64,000 nt of DNA from Lingula anatina. Its lineage: Eukaryota > Animalia > Brachiopoda. The translations under genes and the position numbers were made by a program. Below, in pieces: positions 37,915-50,370 of this stretch. The stretch lies in NCBI GenBank assembly GCA_051362555.1, contig CM120643.1, positions 20,092,848-20,156,847 on the forward strand, read 5' to 3'. Positions within the stretch are counted from its first letter, which is position 1; each line of letters opens with the position of its first letter. Below the pieces are notes generated by a model that was given only the letters and a program-made list of their open reading frames with translations, made no database searches and was not told where the DNA came from.

Positions 37915-38590
37915 AGTAGACTATTTTAATAGACAGTTATTAAAATACACATGGTTGTTTACTGTTACATGTGTGGGTGATGTTGTTTGGTAATTAGTTA
38001 CTTGTTTTTGAGTTTAAAATGGGATTGATACTTGTATGGTGTATCACAGTGACACGCCTGTTGTTTTAAAGAGCATAGTCCATTAAATGTATTCCAGACA
38101 AAGAATGTGTACTCAGATGCTGGTAAGAATTATAAAAAATTACCTTATAGGTGGTCAGTAAGTTTTGTTTGTTTTTGTTTAAGTGAATGTGTACAGTTAT
38201 GAGTGACTATTTTCAGAATACATTATTTATTTCTACATCAAAAATGTAACGTACTGTCTTTAAGTTAATACATTGTTATGGACAGGAACTCGTTTTAGAA
38301 TGTACATAAATGAGTTATTTATTTTTCCTGGAAAAAGTGTAACTAGCACTGCATAAATAAAATGTACCGAACAAAATGTTATTTCATTTTTTTTCCTTCT
38401 TTCTGAGCTCTCTCAAGGTTTCCACCAGATGTGGAACGTATGGTTTATTTTGCAATGTAACAGTCAGGAATATGGTGGCTTCATCTAATTCATTTTGGAT
38501 CGTTGTGTGAGTTAATGTTCATCTCTTAAACATGTGTGTCATCACCATCAAGCCTTCCCCAAAGAAGAAATTAAAAAGACACATATTGTT

Positions 38591-38760
38591 CAGGCCTGTA
38601 GCCAGGAATTCAAAAGGGTTTTTTTTTCAGAAAAAGTGGGCCTTTGGCAATGAAACCTTTGTGTACCTAGATCAAAATTTAGTAAATTTACGAAGAACCG
38701 ACCTTTTCCTGACAAAAAGGGCAGTTCTTTCAACCCCTCCACTGCCTGCCTAAGGGCCTG
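38591..38760. mobile_element. Same MITE family, 5 bp downstream of the BBS10 stop codon
   Basis: caggcctgtagccagg ... taagggcctg, flanked by TTGTT on both sides. Internal similarity to 37744-37914. Confidence 0.8.
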
Positions 38761-38765
38761 TTGTT

Positions 38766-40679
38766 TCACAATTTAACAGAAACAATGGCATCCAGTCTTA
38801 AGAGCTGTTGGAGCAGCTCGATGACATGACAGAGAAGCACCATCTTACTGGCCACTGGCTCACAGCCTTCACTGTCTGTCCACACAGCTCCAGTCTGGTA
38901 GTGAATACAAGGTATCTTACCCACGGATACCTTATCCAGGGCTTCCAACTTAGCTTGAATGAAGGCATGTCTACCTGAGGCCGAAAGATAAGAATTCTCA
39001 TGGATCTTCTGTGGGACAGAGAGCACTGCATCTTGGATTATTTGACAAGCAGTCTGAATACCTGGATCTGAATAGCAACACTTGGCATTTTCCAAGCTGC
39101 TGTGTATGATAAACTCTATGCTGCCACCTGGTGGCATGGACAGGGCAGCTAGGTGGTGCTTAGCTGAGCCAAAAGAAGCTAATTTAGTTTCCAACAAACT
39201 TGAATCTGAGAGAACATCAGGTAAGTCTGGATCACTAAGCTGTTTGTGGTCACACGCCAGTTGCATTCCTTTAAACTTTTTGTGCAAATGTTCAACTGCC
39301 GCATTCTGCACCAACGCCTCTGTTGAATCTAATTGATCCTCACTTGTGCAATCATACTTTCTCTTTCTGTTCATATTCTCTTCAGCTGTGTGAGAAAAGT
39401 TGAGTGGTTGCAGCCACATGCGTAGACATTTCAACCCATTTAGCACCATGTTAGAATACTGTCTGCTTAGACCAGGTGTGGGGCCACATATAACAAGAGT
39501 GTCAGCGCACGCTACTGCAGACACCGTCTTTAATTCCAACTGCATGAAATTCTGGCCCCCACAGACAACATCTTTTAAACTTTTGATCGTTGCTATATTT
39601 TCCTCTGACAAGACATAATGTGTTTCATGAACCATGATCACATCAGCTGCTGCTGCTAGTCTTTCCATATCCTCCAGGGGTATAGCTCCGATGGCAGCCA
39701 TTCCAACCGCGCGGCAGATGGACATCACCAGCTCCGAGACAGCCCATGAAGTAATGATCAACTGAACTCCTGAGTTGGCATAGTGTTGAAGAATCCTCCT
39801 CACTGTCTGCTCTTTCCATTGCAATGCCTGCTGAAAACCATGGTATCCCGAAACTTGAAGCACACCAGGGGGCAGGTCAGTCTGCTCATCCTGATCTCCT
39901 TCAAGAGAGCACTCTAGCAAAATAAACTTAATATTTGAGGTTTGAAGGAGAGAGTCAATGAGAGTAACAGATTTCTTTGGAAGTAGGACACCTGGGATGA
40001 TTTGTGAGCATGAGTAATTGTCATTGGATATTTCCATGGTGACTGTCGGGAAATTGTCAATGAGGTACAGTACTTTGTCTAGAACATTATGTGAATTTCC
40101 TATGGAAGATATGAATTTACTCAAAAGGTGGCTAAAATGTGATGACACTTCAAGAGGAGCTTTTCCCAACATAGAGGTCTGCAGAACTTTTAATGTCATT
40201 TCGTGTGTTGTCTCTGTCATGTCTCCTGTTAATTTAGTGGCAGTGGCATACCTTTCTAACTGAGGAAATACACAGTTTGGTAAGATGTCTGATACTATGT
40301 ATCCAAGAGCCTGAGTCACTTCTATTACAAACTGACTAATATGAGGTTTCTCGCTACCACTACAACCATTCTTTACTTTCTTTGCCCTCCTCAGGGTTGA
40401 CCTGAGGGCCTCAGCCACCATGAAGATAAATGTCTTAGTGCCATCCCCAGTGAAACAATGGTGTGCTAGGGCACTGCTACACACCATACGGGCCACAGGG
40501 TGGTCCAGCTGTAGGGAGGTCAGTATACTGGCCCCATCACTGGTCACCATCACTTTCCCAGTAGATGTCAGCACTGTGGTCAGCAGGGCATTGGGACCAA
40601 ATGACTGGTGGAAGATGTTCTCCAGGGTCTGAGTGATGGACACCAGTTTGCCAAGGTCCACTGACACTGAGGCTGCCAT
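38766..40679 (-). CDS. BBS10: Bardet-Biedl syndrome 10 protein (chaperonin-like), uninterrupted 637-aa ORF
   Basis: Motifs SFGP, TSDGASILTSLQLDHPVARM, TGDGTKTFI, ICGPT, PGGSIEF and C-terminal KMVLLCHVIELLQQLLRLDAIVSVK. These fit BBS10 better than CCT subunits. A likely 5'UTR intron has its acceptor near 40728 and donor near 41016. Confidence 0.88.
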   Translation of the reverse strand: MAASVSVDLGKLVSITQTLENIFHQSFGPNALLTTVLTSTGKVMVTSDGASILTSLQLDHPVARMVCSSALAHHCFTGDGTKTFIFMVAEALRSTLRRAKKVKNGCSGSEKPHISQFVIEVTQALGYIVSDILPNCVFPQLERYATATKLTGDMTETTHEMTLKVLQTSMLGKAPLEVSSHFSHLLSKFISSIGNSHNVLDKVLYLIDNFPTVTMEISNDNYSCSQIIPGVLLPKKSVTLIDSLLQTSNIKFILLECSLEGDQDEQTDLPPGVLQVSGYHGFQQALQWKEQTVRRILQHYANSGVQLIITSWAVSELVMSICRAVGMAAIGAIPLEDMERLAAAADVIMVHETHYVLSEENIATIKSLKDVVCGGQNFMQLELKTVSAVACADTLVICGPTPGLSRQYSNMVLNGLKCLRMWLQPLNFSHTAEENMNRKRKYDCTSEDQLDSTEALVQNAAVEHLHKKFKGMQLACDHKQLSDPDLPDVLSDSSLLETKLASFGSAKHHLAALSMPPGGSIEFIIHSSLENAKCCYSDPGIQTACQIIQDAVLSVPQKIHENSYLSASGRHAFIQAKLEALDKVSVGKIPCIHYQTGAVWTDSEGCEPVASKMVLLCHVIELLQQLLRLDAIVSVKL

Positions 40680-41450
40680 GGTTTTCTTATTCTGTTTTTG
40701 TTACGTCTTTTAATGTTTACATAGTAACCTGTAAATAAAACACGACAGAAAATCAATATGATCCCACGTGTGTGTGTGCGCGTGTGTAAGGGGGGGGGGG
40801 GGAGCTGGAATAGAAAACCACTCGCAGATACCACTCCCTTAACAAAATCTTAAAGATTATCTATACAACATTTGCGTACAGCAACAACATCAATGGCCAA
40901 AGTTATTAGTTTTAAATATCAACCCGCTAGACAAACGCTGCAAATTCACAAGTAACAATTTGCATAGTTTCATTAAACACAACCAGCTTGCCTCAGTCAG
41001 TTGTCGGCCTAATTACCTCGCCGGGTACCTGCGTAGACTCTACTAGTTGCCACTCGTCTGTTTTGGAATCATTTGCACAGTTTGCAATAACATGTGCTCA
41101 AGCTGATACCTTCCAAAATATTTCTATATTGTTCAATCCGCCTCTGACTTCGGAAATTCATGTGCATACAGCGTTTTCTGCTAAATAATAATCACTTCAT
41201 CCCCGTCGGCGGTTTCTATATAGAACTGTCTGGAGCCGGAAGACGAGTCACGAGAGACCTGAAGACTACCGCCACGTGTCTTCCCAGGCCAGGGAGTTTT
41301 TACAAAACATTTAAAACCCCTTTCATTCAGTGGAAACTTACTGTTGTTATGTTGGGATTTGGAATGAAATATAAAAGTGTATAGTGAAGGTCACAGTAAT
41401 ATTTCCCTATTAGAGACCATTCCCACAGATTTTTGGCCCTATCTATCTAC

Positions 41451-41542
41451 CGGCTTAAATGTCTGTCACGCCTAGTAAAACTGTTAGGGGGTAAATTATC
41501 TTTACCCTAGCTGATTCGGTAGGCGTGACAGAAAGTTAAGCC
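41451..41542. repeat. Short inverted repeat / MITE remnant
   Basis: ggcttaaatgtctgtcacgccta ... taggcgtgacagaaagttaagcc. Confidence 0.6.
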
Positions 41543-41726
41543 ACTTGAGCTGATAGCAATTTAGCGTGAACCCCCAGGGAGTAAGGTCGATCCAGATGGA
41601 TCGTTCTAAGTATGGGAACTCTGTCTAAGACTCTGCTACACTCTCGGTGAACTGCAGTGTCTTAAAAGCACATTTTCATCGATGATAGTCAAATAATTAC
41701 TTTCATTGCTGCTTTTTACATTATTA

Positions 41727-41805
<79 letters not shown>

Positions 41806-41987
41806 AGAGAGAGAGAGTCAGCGAATATATCAATCCATATAGACAAGCGCATATTGCCTTTTTTATCATCCTATTTATTTAGAACCGCAGGCTTTTCTCA
41901 AAAATATTCATACAGTGATATAATGCTAGCCAATTTTCAGTCTGTGCAAAAATGATCAATGCATCTTTCTAAGACCCCGGTAATAGC

Positions 41988-43088
41988 CTAGATGCAGCCA
42001 CTGTTCTGGTTCTCGGCCTGATCACGCACGGCGGTAGCAAACTTCTCAAACTCCGTGAAGTCGTTCAGGCCGAAGGCCATGTCCGAGCCTTTCCCTGTGA
42101 TGATCTCCAGCTCGCACGCACGTGCGTTGTCGACGCCGAGGGCGAAGAGTTGGACGCCGTTTGGTCCCATCTTCCTCAGCTTGTCAGCCTCATCAGCCAG
42201 AGACTGGCAGCCGCGGTTACACCGACCGTCCGTGATGACAATCACGTGGGTTGAGGCGTCCGTGTCGTTCAACCTGCTCCCTGGTTGGCCAAGAACGCGC
42301 TGACGCACGTGTCTCAAGGCTTCCGCTGTGGCTGTGGCAGAACCCCTGCGGTGGTTCAGCGCGATGATCTTGCTGTTCAACGCGTCCGTGCCATCGTGGC
42401 TCGTGGAGAACGGAATGGCCGTCTCGACAGTATTGCCGAACAAGACGACGGCCACCTGCTTCTCCTCCATGCCGTTTCCCATGGTGACAGGACAGAATGA
42501 CTTGGTCAGGATGGCCACGCCCTCTTTTGCCCGTTCAAAGGAATCCATAGAGACGCTGCCTGAGGTGTCAAGGACGAAAACGTAGTCGCGTTTTGGCTTG
42601 TTTTTAAATGGTGAAGGATCGGCACCCCGCTTTCCCAGTATGCCGGTGAATGAGTTGGTCATGCTGTTTGGGATCAGCGGGTTTGTGGGGATGCCCGGGT
42701 ATATAGGTTTGATAATACCGCCACCGCTACCGTAGACGCAGGAGTCTGCCCAGCTGGACCCTGCAGACGTGCCCGTGCCGGTCGTGCCGACGCAGCCCAC
42801 CTGTCGTTTGCCAAGGACTGCGGCAAACTTGCTGGCGGCAGCGTTCACTCCTCCTGGCAAGGTTGCTGGAAACAAAACACGGCAGCAATTAAGACACTGT
42901 CCATGATCTGCTAATACTTTCATATACTTCATCTAATATTTTTTTACGAATTTCAGAAGAAAATACCACATGCGCGCACGCATAGATGAACGGCTACTTT
43001 GGCTACCTTTCCCTACCTGCCAAACAAACTTATGCATATATTCAACTACAGCTAAAAACAGGTGCATTTAGACGCTAGAGCGCAATCA

Positions 43089-43139
<51 letters not shown>

Positions 43140-43675
43140 TTATACCTGTGTTACATACTACTCTCCTTGCTCTGGACACGTTCTCCACCAAACGATCTCT
43201 CAAGACGTCGTCATTTTCTAGGGCAAAAGCGCTGAAAACAAAAATGCAACTTGCCTTTATTTACTTTCATCTGTACAAGTATCCAGATCTGCGCAGTACA
43301 ACTTGGCTAATAACTGAATCACGTTTAAATAGAAATCCACAAACAGTTGTCAGTTTGAGAATTTCAAATCCTGTGATAATGTTCTTCCACAAATTTAAGA
43401 TCGCGTTAGTAAGGCGTTACCAATTATTATTATAGTGAAATTGATTTTGTGGTAAAGGCCTTGTAAGAAGTTATTCTCTGAACGAAAATCTTTAATTATT
43501 CTTTGAATAAAAATCTGTAAGCTGCAATCATTAAATTTCTTACTTTATTTGGAAATTTTGGCGTGTTTCGCCCCAAACAATATGAACGAATTATAACCGA
43601 TCAAAAATTTCAGGGGTATCTAAGATCTAAGACTTACCTGACCACAAAGAAAGCGATACAAATTACACGAAACAT
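41988..43675 (-). CDS. Secreted VWA-domain precursor, paralog A (333 aa, 3 exons)
   Basis: Exons 43675-43638, 43231-43146, 42865-41988 (1002 nt, in frame). Signal peptide MFRVICIAFFVVSAFA, RARR site and two GKR sites. VWA with DTSGS, TATAEAL and ITDG MIDAS motifs. Confidence 0.88.
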
Positions 43676-43777
43676 TGTGAGCCGTGCAGAAATTGAACTG
43701 TATAACATAGACTGAAACTCGGATTGTGTGCCCAAACTCTGCCCCAGTGAAATAGATGGTGCGGTATTTAAGACCTC

Positions 43778-44025
43778 GTTCAAACATCGCACCAGCTGGA
43801 TCGATTCAAGTCTGCCAGGGATTCTCGCTAAAGTGCATTCAGTGCAATCAGCTTCTGTCTGACACGCCTCCTTGAGGTCCTAGCTAGTTTTAGTTTATTG
43901 CCCACTATAGCTAATCGAGGAGGTGTACACGTGTCTGACAACAAAAGAGATTAATGTGATTGCACTTAGGGAGAATCTCCCACAGAGTAGGATTGATCCA
44001 GTTAGTACGATTGTTTTATCTGAAC
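43778..44025. mobile_element. Degenerate long inverted repeat (MITE-like) just upstream of paralog A
   Basis: tcgcaccagctggatcgattc pairs with ggattgatccagttagtacga; gggattctcgctaaagtgcattca pairs with tgattgcacttagggagaatctc. Confidence 0.65.
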
Positions 44026-45399
44026 GTGCCCTAATAGTATGAGTCTTTATGTGTCACAAGAAGCTTAAGGCTTCTATATCTGTACAGCTTATAATGTCCC
44101 CATCACGTTTGCGGCATCTGCTTACACGTGGGAGCCACTCCACATGTTGTTTCAACCTGCTAACCTACTAGTAAATACCCTAAAATTGGGTTTAACCCTA
44201 TTTACCACATATTTGATCGTTTAACTAAATGAACTTTCATTGGTAACTTTATATAATACCCGGAGAAGAATGTAGGGGCGAAGTGGGGGGGGTTGTGGTG
44301 GATTCCAGGGAAACACCCCACAATACAAAACAAAATAAGGGCTTCAATATTCCCAAAAAGAATGCTACGGGCTGTCCGGTAATATCCTCATCATATTTTT
44401 TCTATAGGATTTTTAGTTGCCTTAAAACACTTAGAGGTAAATCAGAGGATTTAAAGCGTTTTAACAGTAAATAAAATTAACAGCACTGGAATTAAAGTGC
44501 ATGGGGTGATATACCTGGAAGTATTGGAACATGTAACACATTACACAGAATTAAGTTGAATTTGCAGACATTTCAATTTTCTTTTTCGTTAAAAAAAGAT
44601 GGCATCCACAGTTAAATCTGAAATAAGTTTGTAAATGTTTATTTTCACATAGAAATTAAGTTTTAAAACACAACTCATCCATCAACATGAGCATTCTTCA
44701 CTCACAGATTACGATATCTATGTCACCACACGTAGTTTGTGCTGTTTACTTTTTTTTTTTGCTACAGAATGTTATCAGAATGTTGCTTACAGAATGTCAA
44801 ATCGCGTCATCTGAGCTGTTTACACTCCTTTTTATCGATAGATAAATGTCCTTATCAAAAAAAAAAAAAAAAAAAAAATCAGCCTTTCCACACACACACG
44901 CTTCCCAAAAAGGTAGAAAAGTCACACTCTTGAGCCCACTGGGCCATGTTTTATCATTTTAACTATTAATGTGGGCCAAGGTTGGCAAATGTACATCAGA
45001 GAGCGCAACTGACACAATGAGAGCTTGGCTTGCATGAGTATGACAACGTACCCTATACCAAGGCCACAGATTGATTTTTCACTAGATATTAACAGATATG
45101 TCTCTGGTTAAAAGGATATTTAATTTCTGCATTATCAGCAAAAATGTCCACAGAATAATAACTGCGGCCCTGGTAGAGGGCAATGAATAAGATGGGTTTA
45201 TCAGAGAAAAGCAACTGTCTGTGTCCTGTATTTCATAACCGAAACTGTTTACACCCGAGTTTACACTTTAAATCAGCACAAGGTCAGAGTTTTGAGATAA
45301 GTAGACTCGGATGACTAAATTTGACTGATGAGCAAAATACTGCACGTAATTAACTTTTTAAAATAAATTTGTTATTCATAGATGCAGGATTTACATTAT

Positions 45400-45570
45400 T
45401 TCACCCTATCATTCTCCAATTAGCTATAATTTCGAGAATGAACGGCATCCGTAGACGAAATATAAATAGCGAATTTAAATGTATATTATCTGACCCTATA
45501 ATTCTCCAATTAACGATAATTTTGAGTATGAACGGTATCCGCAGACAAAATAAGAATAGCAAATTTGAAT
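45400..45570. repeat. Tandem duplication of about 91 bp
   Basis: Two copies of accctat.attctccaatta.c.ataattt.gag.atgaacgg.atccg.agac.aaata..aatagc.aattt. Confidence 0.85.
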
Positions 45571-46040
45571 TAAAAGAGACCAAGCGTTAAGTCCTAAATT
45601 TTCTTCTTGTGCCTACCGACCATCATACAATATTTTTTTTATATTCTTATATTTGGCTTTAGCACCATGGAAGGTACCCTGAGTTTCAGAGAATAGTGGG
45701 AAACTTACTGGCAGAGGCATGTTGATAATAACGTAGTGAATATACAGGGAACTCGGAAATTCGGGGGTAGGGTGTGAAATGAAAGTTAGCATGCGTTCCT
45801 TGCATTTGCTCTTTGCTCTTTGCGTGAATGATGTTATTTTGAACCAGAAGTTTTAATGTAAGCCGTCAATTATGTAAACAGAAACATACACGAAGACTTA
45901 GGAGACAATAGAATCCTGTGTATTGTTTCCTTGAAGTATGACAGCCTTAAGCGGAATACCCCATGTATTATCTGATTAATGCGACGCTGAACGACTATAA
46001 ATTGTAGAGCGGACACTGCTGCGTGGCACGGCTCAAGCGC

Positions 46041-46089
<49 letters not shown>

Positions 46090-47169
46090 AGAGAGAGAGA
46101 GTGTGTGTGTAAGTGTTTGTGTGTGTGCGCGCCTATGTGCGTCTACGGGTGTTATTCATTGTTAATTGAACGGGTCATAATATAACGTTAACCGATCTAA
46201 CCTTCACTGCATACGTTGGGTCCCTTCTTAAAGGGATGGCTGCATCTTAATACAGTAGTGTTTTTGACTTATTTATTGACTAGTTGCCTATCCCGGACAC
46301 CGAGTCTGCCTCCAGGTCGCCCTTTGTTCTGTCTCCCCATCAATCCTCAGACACTCTTCCTTGTTCTGCGGTTGACTTCTGACAGAAAAAGGATAAACAC
46401 GAGTAGGGTACCAGGATCAATTCGTCTCTAGTTTTTTTTTCTTTTTTTTTTGCAGCGTTGATATATTTGTTATACTATTTCATGCCCGTTGGCCCGAGGG
46501 GGAGCTGTCCCGTTGAAAGAACCGTCATTTTGGTCTAGGTTTTATGTCATTTCAAAGGTTGGGTCAACTAAGAGGATAAAAAAAATTCTACTTTGTCAGA
46601 CCCCCACCCCCCTTTTTGAAGTTGCTGGTATGTTGTGTATTGAGTCTTTAATTCACTATACTTTGTTTTAGTTAGACGATCAAACACTTGGAAAACTTCC
46701 GCAACTTACAAAGTCCATAGCTTCACATCAATACCAACATATTAAAAAAACAGTTACACTTTTAGAGTTAGCATGAATTATCTTACCGATCGAAATTTTT
46801 GTAGCCAGCTGTATGCAAACATCTAAATATTCACACATCTCTTCAAGTCAGGTCCGTTATAGGCGATATTCAAAAATACTTGGCAATATTTTTAATTACA
46901 TAACTGAGCAAACGATCCCTGGATGAGAAGTTAAACCCAAATCTCGAGGACAACTGCTACTGATATTTTACAGATGAATTATTTTGTGCCCCCCCCTCTT
47001 TTCTCCGTCCTATCCCGGAATGACACCGGTGAATTGAGAGCTACATTGTGCCTAGATTGTAACGTGTTTTGGTTATAATTTTTATTCAACACACGATTAA
47101 GACGCAATAGCATAACCCGGAGATTTAGCTGTTATCGCATGCAACCAAAACAGGCCTGTCACGTAGAGA

Positions 47170-47181
47170 TATAAATATAAG
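47170..47181 (+). promoter_or_regulatory. TATA box of paralog B
   Basis: TATAAATATAAGG about 60 bp upstream of ATG 47235. The same motif precedes paralog D at about 53697. Confidence 0.65.
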
Positions 47182-47234
47182 GTGCGGAAGCTTTCTTTGA
47201 TCGGCATGATAGCACCTGTATCAAGAGAGCGAAA

Positions 47235-49495
47235 ATGTTACGTAGAATTGTATTCTGTGTTTTCGTCGCGGGGTAAGTTTCTATGTACTCTGTGATGGAG
47301 TTTGTTTGTTGTGTCCACGGAATCACGTCTTTAAAAGAGCAGCATTCCCGCTGTGTGCCCGTTTGTATTAAAGAAACCGCTTGTAACAATTTTTCTCTCC
47401 TTTATTTTTTTAACGCAAAGCGCATTTTATTATATTTATATCATTATTATTTTTGGTATGGAAATCAAAATCCCTGTTTAAAGAAACATTTAAATCCAGA
47501 ATGATCGTAAAGATGCATGGATGCACGTGTCCGTTCCAATTGCTGTAGCCAAGTGGTATCAGTATAGGGTGTTAACCGCCATAAGTTTAAGTTATCTTTA
47601 GTTTTAATTGTACAGAAATTAGCCAGCACCTTAAGCAAAGATTAATATTACGTCAAGGGGAGAAATTACTTTTTTGTGCTCGCATTATTAACAATATTGT
47701 CTGTCCATGCTATAAGAATTTTCGTCGACATGCGTTAAATTTTTTAACTGTTATTTTAAAAAGTTGAAACGGGGGGTTATCCACAAAATGTCATCACGCC
47801 ATAAGCAGACACTACCGTATACGACCTTATACAACGAATGCCTAGACTTATCCATTAAGCCTCGATTAATTTGGAATTTCGAAGATTTGCCTTTCAAACA
47901 TTTGAAGTCATGATGTTTTTAAACGGAGGACTTTAAGTTATATAACGACTATCTATCACGAATTTCAAAAAAAAATTGTTTTAAAATCTCTTTAGATTTT
48001 TTAAAATATCCATATCCAGTAGTTTTTTTTTCCTAAAATGTAAGTGTAGTGTTTGTTCACCACTTGTGTAAAATCTCTCGTTTGCATGATTGGGTGTGTG
48101 GCACCGATTTTAATGCAATTTTAGCATACATGTATCTACTTATCTATATACAGAGTACGTGTATAGTGCGCAACAAAGCGCGCGCGTTTTTTTTATATAT
48201 TCTCTCGATCAAATGGTGATAAAAAACTTTCATTTTCAGTGGCTTCGCTGCCCTAAACCTTGACGAAGCTAGAGATGAAATAGTATCAAAAGTATCCAAA
48301 CTTCGACATAGAAGGCAGGTGACCCAAATTGGTAGGTTGATTTGGCCTTTCTATAGACCTTATCAGTGGAGATTGCTTTTCGTACCGCCTACTTTCGATT
48401 TAAGTCAGTAGTTTTACGGAATCGTCGTGGTGCCTAATCTTTATTTTTATTTTTTTTTTAATTTATTTATTTATTTTTTGGTCGATGCTAAAAAATAATA
48501 AACCCATTCAATCTGATGAAAATGAATGCTTATTCATAGTGTGTATCACTTTACATATTAATCAGTGATTAATATTACATATATATCATATTTCAGGCTC
48601 AGCGGGACTAGCCAGCGCTGTCAGTCAATTTGCGGGAGCGTTGGGAGGTGGTGGAGGTGGGGGAGGAGGGGGTCGGGGGATTGGGGTTTCAGGACCTAGA
48701 GCTGTAGCAGGTACCAGCTTTGCAGACTCCTGTATCTACGACAGCGACCCGCAGCCTACAGTGCCTACAACACTTCCATTTGGATTTGGATTTGGAACGC
48801 CCGTGCCAGGTGGCGGGATGGGGTACGGGTCAGGCGGCAGTCCTGCGGCAAGCTCGCCCAGGCGCCAGACAGGCAGCATCGGACCTCATGCTAACCGCGA
48901 TATCGTGTTTGTGTTGGACACGTCAGGCAGCATATCCAACGCGGCCTTCGAGCAAGCCAAGGAGGGCGTGGCTCTTCTAACCAGCTCCTTCTGTCCTACC
49001 ACAATGGGCAGGGGCCTGGGCGGAGAGAAACAGATAGCCTTGGTGCTGTTCGGAAGCCAGGTTGAGACGGCAATCCCATTCACCGAGAGTCACGCTGGCG
49101 TTGACCAACTTAACCGTAAAATCATTGCCTTGCGTCATCGCCACGAGGCCGCCACCGCCACGGCCGAGGCACTGCGTCACACTAGGACCAGAGTTCTTGG
49201 CCAAGGAGTCAGCCGCCTTAACAACCCGGACACTGCCACTCACGTCTTCGTCATCACCGACGGCCGTTGTAACATAGGGTGCAGTCAGCTGGCAGAAGAG
49301 GCCGATAAACTGAGGGCAATGGAAGGGGTACAGGTTTTTGCTATGGGCATTGACAACGCTCGCGCCTGCGAACTCGAGATTATCACTGGGAGGGGGTCTG
49401 ACCTGGCGTATGGTCTTAGTGACTTTAGTCAGTTCGAGCAATTCGCAAAGGCAGTCAGAGAAAGAGCGTCCCAGGAGCCAAACGGATGCATTTAA
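47235..49495 (+). CDS. Secreted VWA-domain precursor, paralog B (342 aa, 3 exons)
   Basis: Exons 47235-47272, 48240-48331, 48597-49495 (1029 nt). Signal MLRRIVFCVFVAGGFA, RHRR furin site, poly-Gly, SFADSCIY, RR site, then VWA with intact MIDAS. Confidence 0.88.
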
Positions 49496-50370
49496 AGAGT
49501 GCCACATAGCACAGTTAACACATTTTGGTGTCTAAAAGCAATATTGTGTTAAATGTGTCGCATATCTGCCGCATCGAACACAATTCATTCATAGTTAAGA
49601 GTCTTAATTTCCACGCATAGACTTTGATATCAAACTTCTACGAACAGTGTTAACATCAGGATTATTAGGCAAAAACCGAATAAAATGAATTGCTGAAGCA
49701 AATCGTCTTGTTTTCGTTGATGCTCTACTTATATTATTAAAAAAGACTACGAAAACACTCAAAAGTGCAGACATCTGCCAAGACAATTTATTAATTAACA
49801 TTTAACCACTAATTTTTAATGGACCATTACCAAAATCTACTCACTGTTAAGTAGCCAAATTTCTGACCTATCCTGAAAATTTAAAATATACACAAATTTT
49901 ATCTAGCATTTATCCGTGTCAATAAATTAAGGGGATACTTTTAAACATATAGGCCTATAAGGTTGCACAAGCAACAGCTATCTGCAAAGAAATTAGAATA
50001 TTTACGACAAAAATGGTTGCTCTCACAGTCAGCCTCTCTATTCAATAAAAAGTGGATATTTTTACCGCTATTTTGTATTTTCTGAACCATTAATCATGTT
50101 AGATATGGTGTCTAAAATAAAAAAAGCACTGTTTATTTATTATACCTGCTACGTGATCATTTGTAAATAAAAGTACATGGAATTGAGGGCGGGCCAACTT
50201 TTTTTGGCCAATATTGTATATGACGCAAGATTACAGGCGCAATAAACCGGAGATTTTTAAAGTAGTAATTACATGTGACTGGCACAGGAGTGTCACGTAA
50301 ACATAAGGTCCGGTTGCTCTTTAAATCCGTCAGAACAGCAGCAGCATCAAGAGAGAGAGAGAGAGAGAAA

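Noticed and set aside
38766-40679. Long intronless ORF as a retrocopy or horizontally acquired chaperonin
   Set aside because: Motifs fit BBS10, which is intron-poor in animals, and a 5'UTR intron appears to be present.
41211-41227. GTTTCTATATAGAAC as an RFX X-box for BBS10
   Set aside because: Spacing deviates from the consensus; plausible for a ciliary gene but not supportable from sequence alone.
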